In this document: piece by piece, positions 27,553-36,507 of the stretch
Numbering within the stretch: the stretch's first letter is position 1
Layout of the letters: each line of letters begins with the position of its first letter
Sequence record: NC_052983.1
From: Escherichia phage E21
Length of the DNA stretch: 58,536 nucleotides
Direction: 5' to 3' (one strand)
Position numbers and translations under genes: made by a program
Notes under the pieces: generated by a model
Seen by the model: only the letters and a program-made list of their open reading frames with translations
Told to the model about the DNA's origin: nothing
The model's database searches: none

Positions 27553-28177
27553 GTTAGATGAAGTACGCAAATTATCATACTCGTTCAAACTGCCCGAAGA
27601 TGTCCGAGAGGGAACCTATGTAGTTTTACGCTTCGAATCTGAGGTAGGAAAGTGGTATCAGAACGCAAATATTGTTAGCTATATGCTCGGTGTTATCAGC
27701 CACACTACTAAGACACAATTCCAAGTTTCTTGTGAGGGTTTATCCTCCCCGATGCGTTTCGGGCGCGATGGCGGTATCCGCGCAGACAGCAAGGGACAAG
27801 TTGGTGGCGCACTAAGAACGTCAGTATTCCTTGCCGGTAGTGCAGATACCGCAGAAGAATACATCAAGGGCCAAGTAGAACAACACAACGACCCCGAAGT
27901 AGTAAGACGCGAGCCAACGTTCCACTTAAAAAATGCTGACGATTTGATAGGTATCATCGTCAAGCTGGACAAGCTGATAAACGATGCGACAACGCTATGG
28001 GGCGCAATACCTGAAAAATGGAAAGGCCGAGAGCAACGACGTAGCCGAAACGACCGAATACCGCATGATATGTTAGTAGCGATCTTGTGTAATCCGGACG
28101 CATCGGACATATTAGCAGACCTATTTAAGTCCATAGCTAAAGCATTCGGAGTATCAACCAAAAAAGAGGAAGAATGA
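27545..28177 (+). CDS. hypothetical protein
   Basis: 210-aa ORF. Confidence 0.5.
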   Translation: MTKLDEVRKLSYSFKLPEDVREGTYVVLRFESEVGKWYQNANIVSYMLGVISHTTKTQFQVSCEGLSSPMRFGRDGGIRADSKGQVGGALRTSVFLAGSADTAEEYIKGQVEQHNDPEVVRREPTFHLKNADDLIGIIVKLDKLINDATTLWGAIPEKWKGREQRRSRNDRIPHDMLVAILCNPDASDILADLFKSIAKAFGVSTKKEEE

Positions 28178-28914
28178 TGATCAATCCCTACGCGGTGGAA
28201 TTACAGAAATTGAAAGACGCCAAGAAACACATTCCAAAGCAGATAAAAGACCAATGGCGTACTCCGGACTGGCTTTTCTACGCGCTAAACTCTTTATACG
28301 GCCCGTTCTTGGTAGATTTGTTTTCAGATGGACAGAATGCTAAGTGCTCCCGGTATTTCATGGCCGAGGATAATGCGCTACAACAGAACTGGAAAGAAGC
28401 ACTAGAAGACGCCAAGTTTGAATTCCTTATCGATGCAGACTGTGCGGGGTACGATGCTACTGACGATCTAAAGACGGCCAAGTGTTTTGCTAACCCGCCA
28501 TACAGCCCGGCTAAGTATATCGGTAAAGGGCGTAAGAATAGAATACCGCTCTGTGGTATGCGAAATATCATGGCTAAGGCCTACGAGGAACACAAGGCCG
28601 GTTGCCCTTCATTCTGGTTGCTTAAATCCGCCACGTCAGAAGATTGGTGGCCTAACGAGACCGCAAGCCAGATAATCCACATCAAGGGTAGAATTGCTTT
28701 CGAGAAACCGGTGTGGTTTAGAGATGAGGTCGTAGACCGCGTGGAAAGTAGTGCTGCTTTCGGTGCGTCCGTTGCTATTTTTAACGGAATAAACGATATT
28801 CAAGAACCGGAAGCCTACATCAGTCGAGATACCTTAAAATTAATAGGGGAGCCACTTGCTGAAATTAATGCGGAAAGACGCGCCGAGTGGATAGCTAGTT
28901 TCGACGATCTATAA
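28174..28914 (+). CDS. phage-type DNA N6-adenine methyltransferase
   Basis: N-terminal WRTPDWLF and catalytic-type FANPPY motifs typical of the phage Dam family; RBS GAGGAAGA. Confidence 0.7.
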   Translation: MMINPYAVELQKLKDAKKHIPKQIKDQWRTPDWLFYALNSLYGPFLVDLFSDGQNAKCSRYFMAEDNALQQNWKEALEDAKFEFLIDADCAGYDATDDLKTAKCFANPPYSPAKYIGKGRKNRIPLCGMRNIMAKAYEEHKAGCPSFWLLKSATSEDWWPNETASQIIHIKGRIAFEKPVWFRDEVVDRVESSAAFGASVAIFNGINDIQEPEAYISRDTLKLIGEPLAEINAERRAEWIASFDDL

Positions 28915-28919
28915 TTTAA

Positions 28920-28938
28920 GGGGGCCTTGTGGCCTCCC
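28920..28938 (+). other. stable stem-loop immediately 3' of the methyltransferase gene (no U-run)
   Basis: GGGGGCC-UUGU-GGCCUCCC, 7 bp with one G.U. Confidence 0.35.
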
Positions 28939-29155
28939 TATTAAAAGGTAAATCCCGTGAAAATTCTAAAGTATACATTGCTTGTGTTGATTGTGATTTC
29001 TGCGGTTGTCGGCTCATACATGGCAATACGATCAACCTCATGCGCGGAGTATGGCCAGAAGAACAAAGTTGCGACCGAATACTCATTGTACGAGGGTTGT
29101 GTGATAAAAAACTCCGGCCACCCGTAAAAAAGTTCACCTCAAGCGAGAAAAATAG

Positions 29156-29184
29156 TTGACACCGCGATCCGGAGTCGATAGTAT
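29156..29184 (+). promoter_or_regulatory. sigma70-like promoter (TTGACA-17-TAGTAT), same family as 22621
   Basis: TTGACAccgcgatccggagtcgaTAGTAT, then RBS AAGGGGG and ATG 29216. Confidence 0.5.
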
Positions 29185-29215
29185 ACCCCTACACCAAGAG
29201 ATAAGGGGGTACGAC

Positions 29216-29749
29216 ATGGATCATAAGTACAAGGTTTCGGACAGGAATACCGTCGCCCGAGTAGTGGGCCGTCATCGCCAATGGTGCGACGCATACGTTG
29301 AGGTAAAACGTATCGTTCGTGAAATGTCCGAAAAAGGGATAACCGATCTGGAAGTTGACGCGATGCCGATCCACGCGCACCTAAACCGGATTGCTGGTTT
29401 CAACTCATTTTTTGCCAACACTCAAAACGAATGGTGGCTAAGATTTAGACCATTTGAAGCCTACCCACAAGATAACGGGAAGACGCTAATTAAGTACCGC
29501 GACTCCCACCCGTGTAACATCTGGCGAAAAGTAGAAAAGATGGAATTCGACCGAGAAGATTTAGAACGAAGAATAAGTCGTATCGAACAAATATTACAAG
29601 GACAGCCGGAAACAATCGCATACGATAGAAAAGTATTTCGAATTCGTAGAACACAAGAATTATCTCAAACCGGCATGTCAAACCGAAAAGCGAGAAAAAT
29701 CGCATGGGAGGAAGCCGGTAGAGAATTCCCGGGAGAAGACCATGTTTGA
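29216..29749 (+). CDS. hypothetical protein
   Basis: Start moved from track call 29156 (which begins inside the promoter) to ATG 29216 (MDHKYK). Confidence 0.5.
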   Translation: MDHKYKVSDRNTVARVVGRHRQWCDAYVEVKRIVREMSEKGITDLEVDAMPIHAHLNRIAGFNSFFANTQNEWWLRFRPFEAYPQDNGKTLIKYRDSHPCNIWRKVEKMEFDREDLERRISRIEQILQGQPETIAYDRKVFRIRRTQELSQTGMSNRKARKIAWEEAGREFPGEDHV

Positions 29750-29993
29750 TGAAATACGGAGAATAAAACGGAAATATGAAATGTTGCCTCCCGGAGATAA
29801 CATACCTCTGTATGGCGATTTCATTGAGTTTAAGGACGAATTTAACGGAGCAACATATATTGGGGAGGTGTTAGATCACCATTTCAGTTCAACACCTCAC
29901 GATCAAATTTGGAATGTCTTCGTAGACGGCGTGACCATATCTGCGAAACAATCTGAGATAACAAGAGTATACCGACGCAAACGGAGAAAATAG
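29742..29993 (+). CDS. hypothetical protein
   Basis: 83-aa ORF. Confidence 0.4.
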   Translation: MFDEIRRIKRKYEMLPPGDNIPLYGDFIEFKDEFNGATYIGEVLDHHFSSTPHDQIWNVFVDGVTISAKQSEITRVYRRKRRK

Positions 29994-29994
29994 C

Positions 29995-30858
29995 ATGAAA
30001 GACCTAACAAAACCTTTAGTAGAAATCGATATCGACGTTAGAACGGATTACCTACCTCACGGTGTTTTATCCGTTGATATCAAAACCGAGGAAATATCTC
30101 ACGAACTAAAATCGTTACTAGCCGATACATTTGAAGCCATGGTAGTTCGTTTGATTTCTTCGGAGAGAAAATACCAAAGAGGGAACTCTTACCAGAACGA
30201 AGAACTAGCGCAAAGCGGTGAACTCGCATTCCGGATCGCCGACCGGCTTAAAAATTTCCAAGATATTGACGCCATGAATTTGATTATGTTTTCCATGTAC
30301 CATCAGGCGTATTCTGGACAACAAATTCATCTAATGGATAGTTGTATTAAAGATTTCCATCGCGGGGTGGTAGACGCGTATAACTTCATTGATTCTACTT
30401 GCCCTCCCGGTTGTGCTGAGGAAGCGTTCCGAACACTGCTTATGAGCGAGTTAGTCGACACTACCATGAAAGAACTCGGCAAAGGCGATAAAACCTCATA
30501 CAAGATGTTAGGTGGCGATACGGCCAAGTTATCCGTTAACCCCCCTAAGTCCCTAAAAGCATTTGCGGATCAACTAGGCGACGAGGAGCTTTACATCTAT
30601 AACATTCTAGGCATGAATTTTGTGATCCCATGGTGGGGCGATACCGTAGTAGCGAATAAGGAAAAACAACTACTCGTGTTCCCGGGTGTACCATATGTTG
30701 ATCGAGAGACCGATAGATGGCGTTCACCAGACTGTGAAGATTTCCAAAAAGACGGTCTCGTTATCGGCACAATAGATGTCTCGAAAGAAAGAGAATATCT
30801 CATTGATGGTTTTATTCTATCTCTGTCCGCATTCAACCGCAAACCGCTAGAGGGCTAA
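29995..30858 (+). CDS. hypothetical protein
   Basis: 287-aa ORF. Confidence 0.5.
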   Translation: MKDLTKPLVEIDIDVRTDYLPHGVLSVDIKTEEISHELKSLLADTFEAMVVRLISSERKYQRGNSYQNEELAQSGELAFRIADRLKNFQDIDAMNLIMFSMYHQAYSGQQIHLMDSCIKDFHRGVVDAYNFIDSTCPPGCAEEAFRTLLMSELVDTTMKELGKGDKTSYKMLGGDTAKLSVNPPKSLKAFADQLGDEELYIYNILGMNFVIPWWGDTVVANKEKQLLVFPGVPYVDRETDRWRSPDCEDFQKDGLVIGTIDVSKEREYLIDGFILSLSAFNRKPLEG

Positions 30859-30860
30859 AA

Positions 30861-31325
30861 ATGAAATTAGTATACATAGCTGGCCCATACCGCGCAGACA
30901 CCAAAGAGGGCGTGGCTGAAAATATCCGTAAGGCACAAGTAATCGGGCTATCTCTAACCACCAACGGACATACATTAGGGGTATTCCCCGTGATCCCTCA
31001 CATGAATACGGCGCACTTTGAGACCCACACTTTAACCGTATCACAAAAATTCAGCGCTTTTATTGAGCCGGTGCCAGATGAATACTGGCTACAAGGAACA
31101 ATGGCATTGATGGAAAAATGCGATGCGGTTTTATTGACGCACCCACAAGCCGGCATAACAAGCAAGGGAACGCGGGCGGAGGTTATGCGCGCTATTGAGT
31201 TGGGTATTCCTGTTTATGACCACATAAACGGTCTACTATCTGACCTTAGAGACGAATCAACGCCTCTACGAAGTATTAATGTTTTGAATGACAAGCGAGA
31301 ATTTCTCGGGGCGGTTGATGAGTGA
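30861..31325 (+). CDS. DUF4406-like / nucleoside 2-deoxyribosyltransferase-like protein
   Basis: N-terminal MKLVYIAGPYRA motif typical of this Rossmann-like family; RBS AGAGGG. Confidence 0.5.
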   Translation: MKLVYIAGPYRADTKEGVAENIRKAQVIGLSLTTNGHTLGVFPVIPHMNTAHFETHTLTVSQKFSAFIEPVPDEYWLQGTMALMEKCDAVLLTHPQAGITSKGTRAEVMRAIELGIPVYDHINGLLSDLRDESTPLRSINVLNDKREFLGAVDE

Positions 31326-31391
31326 TGTAGCGTACTTAATAGTCGTTGCGATGTGTGCCTTAGTTATAACACTAGGGATACGGAAATAACT

Positions 31392-31410
31392 AAGGGGCGT
31401 AATGCCCCTT
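31392..31410. terminator. bidirectional rho-independent terminator at the convergent junction of the plus early operon and the minus lysis/structural operon
   Basis: AAGGGGC-GUAAU-GCCCCUU perfect 7-bp stem; U-rich on both sides. Confidence 0.7.
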
Positions 31411-31420
31411 TACTTTATTA

Positions 31421-31660
31421 TCAAAACCGGCAAGACCGCTCACCGTCTTCACCACCCCAACCGCACAACCTTTGTCCTAGGCAGTTATGAAATAAAACTT
31501 GGTCGGCCGTTTTAGTAGAAAAGATATCATCTTCACCAATGTAAATCGGTCTGGCTGTTTGGCAAAACGACGGGTTATTTACGGTCTTTACGCAACCAAC
31601 CACTGCGAAGACGATCAGAACTACCGCCGTCCGGTAAGCTATTAATCCCCGAATCGACAT
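31421..31660 (-). CDS. o-spanin-like lipoprotein (Rz1-like)
   Basis: 79 aa; signal sequence with lipobox-like VVGC; Cys/Pro-rich; overlaps the 3' end of the i-spanin candidate in another frame. Confidence 0.5.
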   Translation of the reverse strand: MSIRGLIAYRTAVVLIVFAVVGCVKTVNNPSFCQTARPIYIGEDDIFSTKTADQVLFHNCLGQRLCGWGGEDGERSCRF

Positions 31661-31832
31661 CTTGTTTTACCTCATTAACTCGTTCTTGTTCAATATGGTT
31701 ATCGATAATATCTTCGATAACTTTCTCGTTCTTTCCGTCCTGTTTTCCTTTACGCCACGTTAGGAATAGGAGGACAAAAAAGGCGACGACCCCTAGAGCC
31801 ATCGCCTTGATTTTAGCCCAAAAGGACATCAC
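31575..31832 (-). CDS. i-spanin-like protein (Rz-like)
   Basis: 85 aa; N-terminal TM helix followed by a charged segment. Confidence 0.5.
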   Translation of the reverse strand: MMSFWAKIKAMALGVVAFFVLLFLTWRKGKQDGKNEKVIEDIIDNHIEQERVNEVKQDVDSGINSLPDGGSSDRLRSGWLRKDRK

Positions 31833-32533
31833 TGCCCCAATTTGAATTTACGGTAGCGGACATAGCCGAGGTAAATCCCGATCCCGACGGTGGCGACGCC
31901 GAGGAAGATTCTAGCGTAGTCGCCAGATGAAAGGTCTCCCGAGGCATTGTGTACCGCCTCCTTGACCGGCTGGACGACCTCAACCAACTGAGCGACGCCT
32001 AGTGCTGCGGTGCCGGCTGCTACGGTTGCAGTAGAATTAACGACTTTCGGTTTCTTAGTCACCCCGGCCATACGGAGGGCTTCTTCGATAGTCTCGTCAG
32101 AATACCAAGTGTTTACCGTTTTGCCTTTGAGTGGCCCATTGAAGCCGTTTTCTGTACCGATGATGCCTGACACCAATAAAAACAACTGGTCGTAGTCGTG
32201 CATATCGATAACTTCGTCGTCCGGGCCAACGCCTAGTAGGTCTGCTAAGTTTTTAGCGTATACGTTGGTATTATTCCCTTTCTCCGACCCCGGCGCCCAA
32301 CGCTCAACGATTTCACGCGCGGAGTCGATGCGAGAGCCGTTCTTTGATTTGCGCTTATCGTAATACGTGATTAACGTTACTGCGATCGCACGAATACCAT
32401 AAACCGGATTTACGAATTCACAAAAGCGAGGAGACGTTCTCTCCGCTTTCGGTACTAGCCCCTGCCAAGGAGATCCCCACTCCAAGTTACCCGGGTTATT
32501 TTGTCTGATACCTTTAGGCTTTAAATTCGCCAT
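31829..32533 (-). CDS. putative endolysin / cell-wall hydrolase with C-terminal hydrophobic anchor (family unresolved)
   Basis: Sits between holin-like and spanin genes; start set at ATG 32533 (MANLKPKGIRQNNPGNLEW) with RBS AGGGG; C-terminal hydrophobic stretch FLGVATVGIGIYLGYV. Confidence 0.4.
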   Translation of the reverse strand: MANLKPKGIRQNNPGNLEWGSPWQGLVPKAERTSPRFCEFVNPVYGIRAIAVTLITYYDKRKSKNGSRIDSAREIVERWAPGSEKGNNTNVYAKNLADLLGVGPDDEVIDMHDYDQLFLLVSGIIGTENGFNGPLKGKTVNTWYSDETIEEALRMAGVTKKPKVVNSTATVAAGTAALGVAQLVEVVQPVKEAVHNASGDLSSGDYARIFLGVATVGIGIYLGYVRYRKFKLGQ

Positions 32534-32543
32534 GGTGTTGCCC

Positions 32544-32888
32544 CTATTTTTTATCTGCGAGTTTTTGAACGCTAGTTTTAATGTCTCTAAGGTCTTCGCG
32601 AACTTCACCTCGAAACTGGTTTATTTGTTGTGCGGTATTATGTTTTATATCGGCGATTTCCCGCTCGGCTTGCGTTGTTCGTTGTTCTAGGACTCTAACG
32701 TCAGCCGTGACCAACAAAACATCGTTTCTAACATTGCTAAACTGGTTATTAACCCACATTATACCGCTACACAACGCTGCTATTAGCGAAAGGATAGTCG
32801 GGATATTGATCGCCAAGTCAATGCGAACGCCTCCCGTACCTCCATCTCTACCCGCCATATTGCCCCCGTTATCGGTTCTTATATCCAT
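32544..32888 (-). CDS. holin-like membrane protein (1 TM plus coiled-coil)
   Basis: 114 aa; TM INIPTILSLIAALCSGIMWV; first gene of the lysis cassette. Confidence 0.35.
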   Translation of the reverse strand: MDIRTDNGGNMAGRDGGTGGVRIDLAINIPTILSLIAALCSGIMWVNNQFSNVRNDVLLVTADVRVLEQRTTQAEREIADIKHNTAQQINQFRGEVREDLRDIKTSVQKLADKK

Positions 32889-34854
32889 ATATCATCTTAC
32901 ACACGATCCTAACGCGATGTCTCTGCGGTGGGTGTGGCATGTGATATAACGAAGAATCGACGCGCACAACATTTTGATACACGGACGTAGACTTTATGTC
33001 TGAAAGAACTGAGTCTTTATCCGGGTACTCAGCTACCGTTGCCAGCGAAGATGAAACCTGAGCGGAATTAATTCGCGAATAAACCGTACTTTTATCAGGG
33101 TATCTGGCCGAGAACGCAACGTTAGCCGAAGTTTGTGTCGTCAACGATAAGGAGTTTAGCGTATTTGCGGGCAAATAGTTAGCCTTACACGCGATATTTT
33201 GTGTTACTAATCCCGCGAAATCATACATTAAAAACGATTTCACCGGCGGGTAGTCAACCGAGTTAGCGATATTAAATGCTACTAAGTCCGTTTGGCCAAC
33301 TGTCATCGGTAGACGAATATCAGGGTACGATGCCGTTACCGCGATATTTTTAGCTAAACTACCCGTTTCAACATAACTCTGAGGTTCTTCCGTAGACGGG
33401 AACGAACTCGTAACCATGGTGTGTTGCGATAGGCCCGAAATAAAGTCGCCTTTCCTCGCAACTTCGTCCGGAGTTGGCATCGGAGATTTTATCCCGGAAA
33501 CAATGGATAGTGAGGCGACATCTTCCGTAGATATCGGCATACCGTCGTCACGTTTCATCGCAGTAGACGTAACGTATTGAGTAACATGGTTTCCTTTCTC
33601 AAGTTCTACCACGTTATCAAGAGGCGGGTAAAACCGTTTAGGCGCAGTCATCAACGATAGGATCGGTACGGAATACGTTTCGGTGTAACTGTCTTTGTGT
33701 GCCGGCCCGAAGTCCGATTCTAATAACATCGCCACCGTAGCAGACCCTACCGCATTTAAAACGAAGTACGACTCTAGCGGAGGTTGCGGGCTATCTTGTA
33801 CGGCCAAAATATTAACTGACGGTGAAGATATATCTGACCAACTCCATGTTGCGTCGACCCCAATCGCCGATAAGGACACAACGGAACTAACGTCCTCCGG
33901 GGAAATCGGTAGTTCATCAATGACCGACTCAACTTGTGACAATAAAACTTGGCCGACATCAGTATCGGATTGCGGATATACATAATCCGATGACAGAATC
34001 GCTTGAGTGAAAACCTGAGACGATTTCTCCACTCCGACGGTCGGATCATCGCCTACCGGTATCGAGGCTAAACTGACAATCTGAGGGACGTTTTCAACCC
34101 CTACTCGTGCCGGAGGTGTGGACGGGTACGACGACAATTGAACGACACTCCCGGAAGATGTGAAAGAGTTAGGGAGGCCGAACAAATCCGTCGGAACCGA
34201 TGCTAAATGTGTTACCGTACCGACGTCAGCCGGTCTTGTCTCCCATTTTATCGGAGATGAGTAGGAAACCAACGATACAACGCTAGGAGAGTCAACCCCG
34301 GATCTCGGGATATATTCGATATCCAAAGACTGACAAACGAGCATAACCTCGGAACCCATCTCCGTGTTCGACCATGTATCGACCGGGCGGGGTTGCGGTA
34401 GCCCTTGGTTTACGAGGTGGACGTTTTGCCCGATAAACTTCATGGACGTAGTGTCGTATTCCGTACCAACGACCACCAGTTGCGTAAAAGACTTCACATC
34501 AAGTTTAGAGATCGGCAACGCTTCAACCCATGAATAGGTCGCGGTATTTATTACCCCACCAATGATATTGTTTGAAATCTCAAACTGGTACGACGTGTTA
34601 TAGACAACTTGGTTTAGCGCTTGTGGGACAGTAATTACCGTTCTTGCAGTTGAATCGGTACTATATACTATATTAGAAACGACCGACCTAGCACGAAATG
34701 GCGGTATTTGGTAGACCACGTTTCGGTGCTGCGACCGAAAACGCAGTTTCGCGGAGACCTGATATAGAACATTCCGGTGGGTAGACCTTGCCCTAAAGTC
34801 AGGCAAGATCTGATAAACGACAGCCCGCGAAGTGTTCCTTGCGTTGACTGCCAT
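32869..34854 (-). CDS. tail fibre-like protein with N-terminal tandem repeats
   Basis: 661 aa, S/T/V-rich; N-terminal repeats RARSTHRNVLYQV / RFRSQHRNVVYQI / RARSVVSNIVYS. Confidence 0.5.
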   Translation of the reverse strand: MAVNARNTSRAVVYQILPDFRARSTHRNVLYQVSAKLRFRSQHRNVVYQIPPFRARSVVSNIVYSTDSTARTVITVPQALNQVVYNTSYQFEISNNIIGGVINTATYSWVEALPISKLDVKSFTQLVVVGTEYDTTSMKFIGQNVHLVNQGLPQPRPVDTWSNTEMGSEVMLVCQSLDIEYIPRSGVDSPSVVSLVSYSSPIKWETRPADVGTVTHLASVPTDLFGLPNSFTSSGSVVQLSSYPSTPPARVGVENVPQIVSLASIPVGDDPTVGVEKSSQVFTQAILSSDYVYPQSDTDVGQVLLSQVESVIDELPISPEDVSSVVSLSAIGVDATWSWSDISSPSVNILAVQDSPQPPLESYFVLNAVGSATVAMLLESDFGPAHKDSYTETYSVPILSLMTAPKRFYPPLDNVVELEKGNHVTQYVTSTAMKRDDGMPISTEDVASLSIVSGIKSPMPTPDEVARKGDFISGLSQHTMVTSSFPSTEEPQSYVETGSLAKNIAVTASYPDIRLPMTVGQTDLVAFNIANSVDYPPVKSFLMYDFAGLVTQNIACKANYLPANTLNSLSLTTQTSANVAFSARYPDKSTVYSRINSAQVSSSLATVAEYPDKDSVLSDIKSTSVYQNVVRVDSSLYHMPHPPQRHRVRIVCKMIYGYKNR

Positions 34855-34857
34855 GGG

Positions 34858-36498
34858 TTATACCTCTTTCACTGATATACCGTAAGCAGTATTGGATATT
34901 TCTTCAGGAGAGGTGGGGGTTGTATAAGTAATCGTGTGAGCTACGGACGAATAGCGCCCGCCATTCGAAGCCTTTAGTTCGGTAGACCCCAATTCTCTTT
35001 CTCCTAGTAGCGATACGACCTCGCCGTCAGCGGACGGGGCACGAACTATCGATTTTACTTGAACTCCTAAGATATTCCCGGCGAAATCCGGCATAGAACT
35101 ACCATCGGTTTTATACATGTCTCGGTCTCCAGCCCCACCGGATAACTCGGCCCCCTCATCAACAACATTCGACCCCATGGGGGCACCAACCACGCTAGCA
35201 TTAGAATCGAAACTTTGTGGCCGTTTGAATGATGTCTCGATATCCGAGTTAGGAGCGTCTCCCCATACGCGAGTTGACGGCCCGAAGACAACTTCTCCGT
35301 CGGAAGCACTGGACTCCCCTACCACGATATCACTAATCAATACCGGGCCGGACTCCTCCGCCATCTCCGGATAGTGATACGTCGGGTAAACTGACACGTT
35401 GTACTTATGATTCATCTGAAAATTAAACTGCAACCCTGTAAGAAAGTTCTCTGAGTTTACCCGATCCGAAGTAGCTAAATTTGACGTATCCTCGGGCGGA
35501 ATCCAGAACTCGTCATTGGCTCCAGAAACGTTCCAACTGCTGACGGGTTCCCCATCGATGAATACTTTCACGGAGGGTCGAGTTACATAATTGTTTGTAG
35601 CGGAGTTTATCCTCAACAAAATTTCTATATGGTAATCTCGGTCGAACTCAAATTTGAAAAAATGACCGTCTCTCCCCGGTACCGTCGGGTTGGGTATATC
35701 CGTAGCTAATTCGTTGTTAGGTCTTAAGCACACCCACGGAAGACCATCTGAATAAGTGCAAGTCTCCGTATCTCCCGGTGTTCCTGACCCTAGATTTATA
35801 CGTTTAGAACTCCCAAAAATTATATAACTAGCGAAGAACCCCGGACATAAACTGGATAGCCCATAATTCCTCCAGTTAGTTTGGTATCCCGGTCGAACCT
35901 TAATCGACGGGTATCCGACAGAAAAATACCAAGCTAGTCTAGTGGTCTTATCCGTACGTCTATTAAATCTAGCTACAAAAGATATGCTAGTTTGACGCCC
36001 TGCCGGAGCCGATACCGACGGTCTAGGAATGCGATAGCGAATTGAGAAGCAGTTAGGAGACCCCGACCAGTTATCACTGCTACTTGTAGAAGTAAGGGGT
36101 CTACCGACCATCTTTTTTCCGGGGAACATGAAGCGCTTTCTTCCGGGTCTAGTCGGGCAAGGTACAATAGAAAAACCGCTCGGGGATAACTCCGGTCGAA
36201 TACTCGGACTATTGAACGGATACCCGAAAGGGTAGCTAGGCGACCACGGTGCGGATACGGGAGCATAGAGGCCGGAAGCTCTAAAAGTATACAACATAGC
36301 CCCAGTATTACCGCCATTAAATAAGCCACGACTATCTACCGTGAATAGCGGGATCTTAGATACGTCTAGAGAGCCATTAGGAGCGTAAGAATCGTCAGGC
36401 AACCAACTTTCATCGCTATAACCTCCCGTCAACATAGGGTATGTAGCGATGTCTAATTGCTGAAATGATTCGGTGAATAGGATATCAGGTATTGCCAC
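34858..36498 (-). CDS. tail fibre / structural protein
   Basis: 546-aa ORF in the distal tail region, G/S/P-rich. Confidence 0.5.
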   Translation of the reverse strand: MAIPDILFTESFQQLDIATYPMLTGGYSDESWLPDDSYAPNGSLDVSKIPLFTVDSRGLFNGGNTGAMLYTFRASGLYAPVSAPWSPSYPFGYPFNSPSIRPELSPSGFSIVPCPTRPGRKRFMFPGKKMVGRPLTSTSSSDNWSGSPNCFSIRYRIPRPSVSAPAGRQTSISFVARFNRRTDKTTRLAWYFSVGYPSIKVRPGYQTNWRNYGLSSLCPGFFASYIIFGSSKRINLGSGTPGDTETCTYSDGLPWVCLRPNNELATDIPNPTVPGRDGHFFKFEFDRDYHIEILLRINSATNNYVTRPSVKVFIDGEPVSSWNVSGANDEFWIPPEDTSNLATSDRVNSENFLTGLQFNFQMNHKYNVSVYPTYHYPEMAEESGPVLISDIVVGESSASDGEVVFGPSTRVWGDAPNSDIETSFKRPQSFDSNASVVGAPMGSNVVDEGAELSGGAGDRDMYKTDGSSMPDFAGNILGVQVKSIVRAPSADGEVVSLLGERELGSTELKASNGGRYSSVAHTITYTTPTSPEEISNTAYGISVKEV

Positions 36499-36507
36499 AA
36501 TCGCCCC

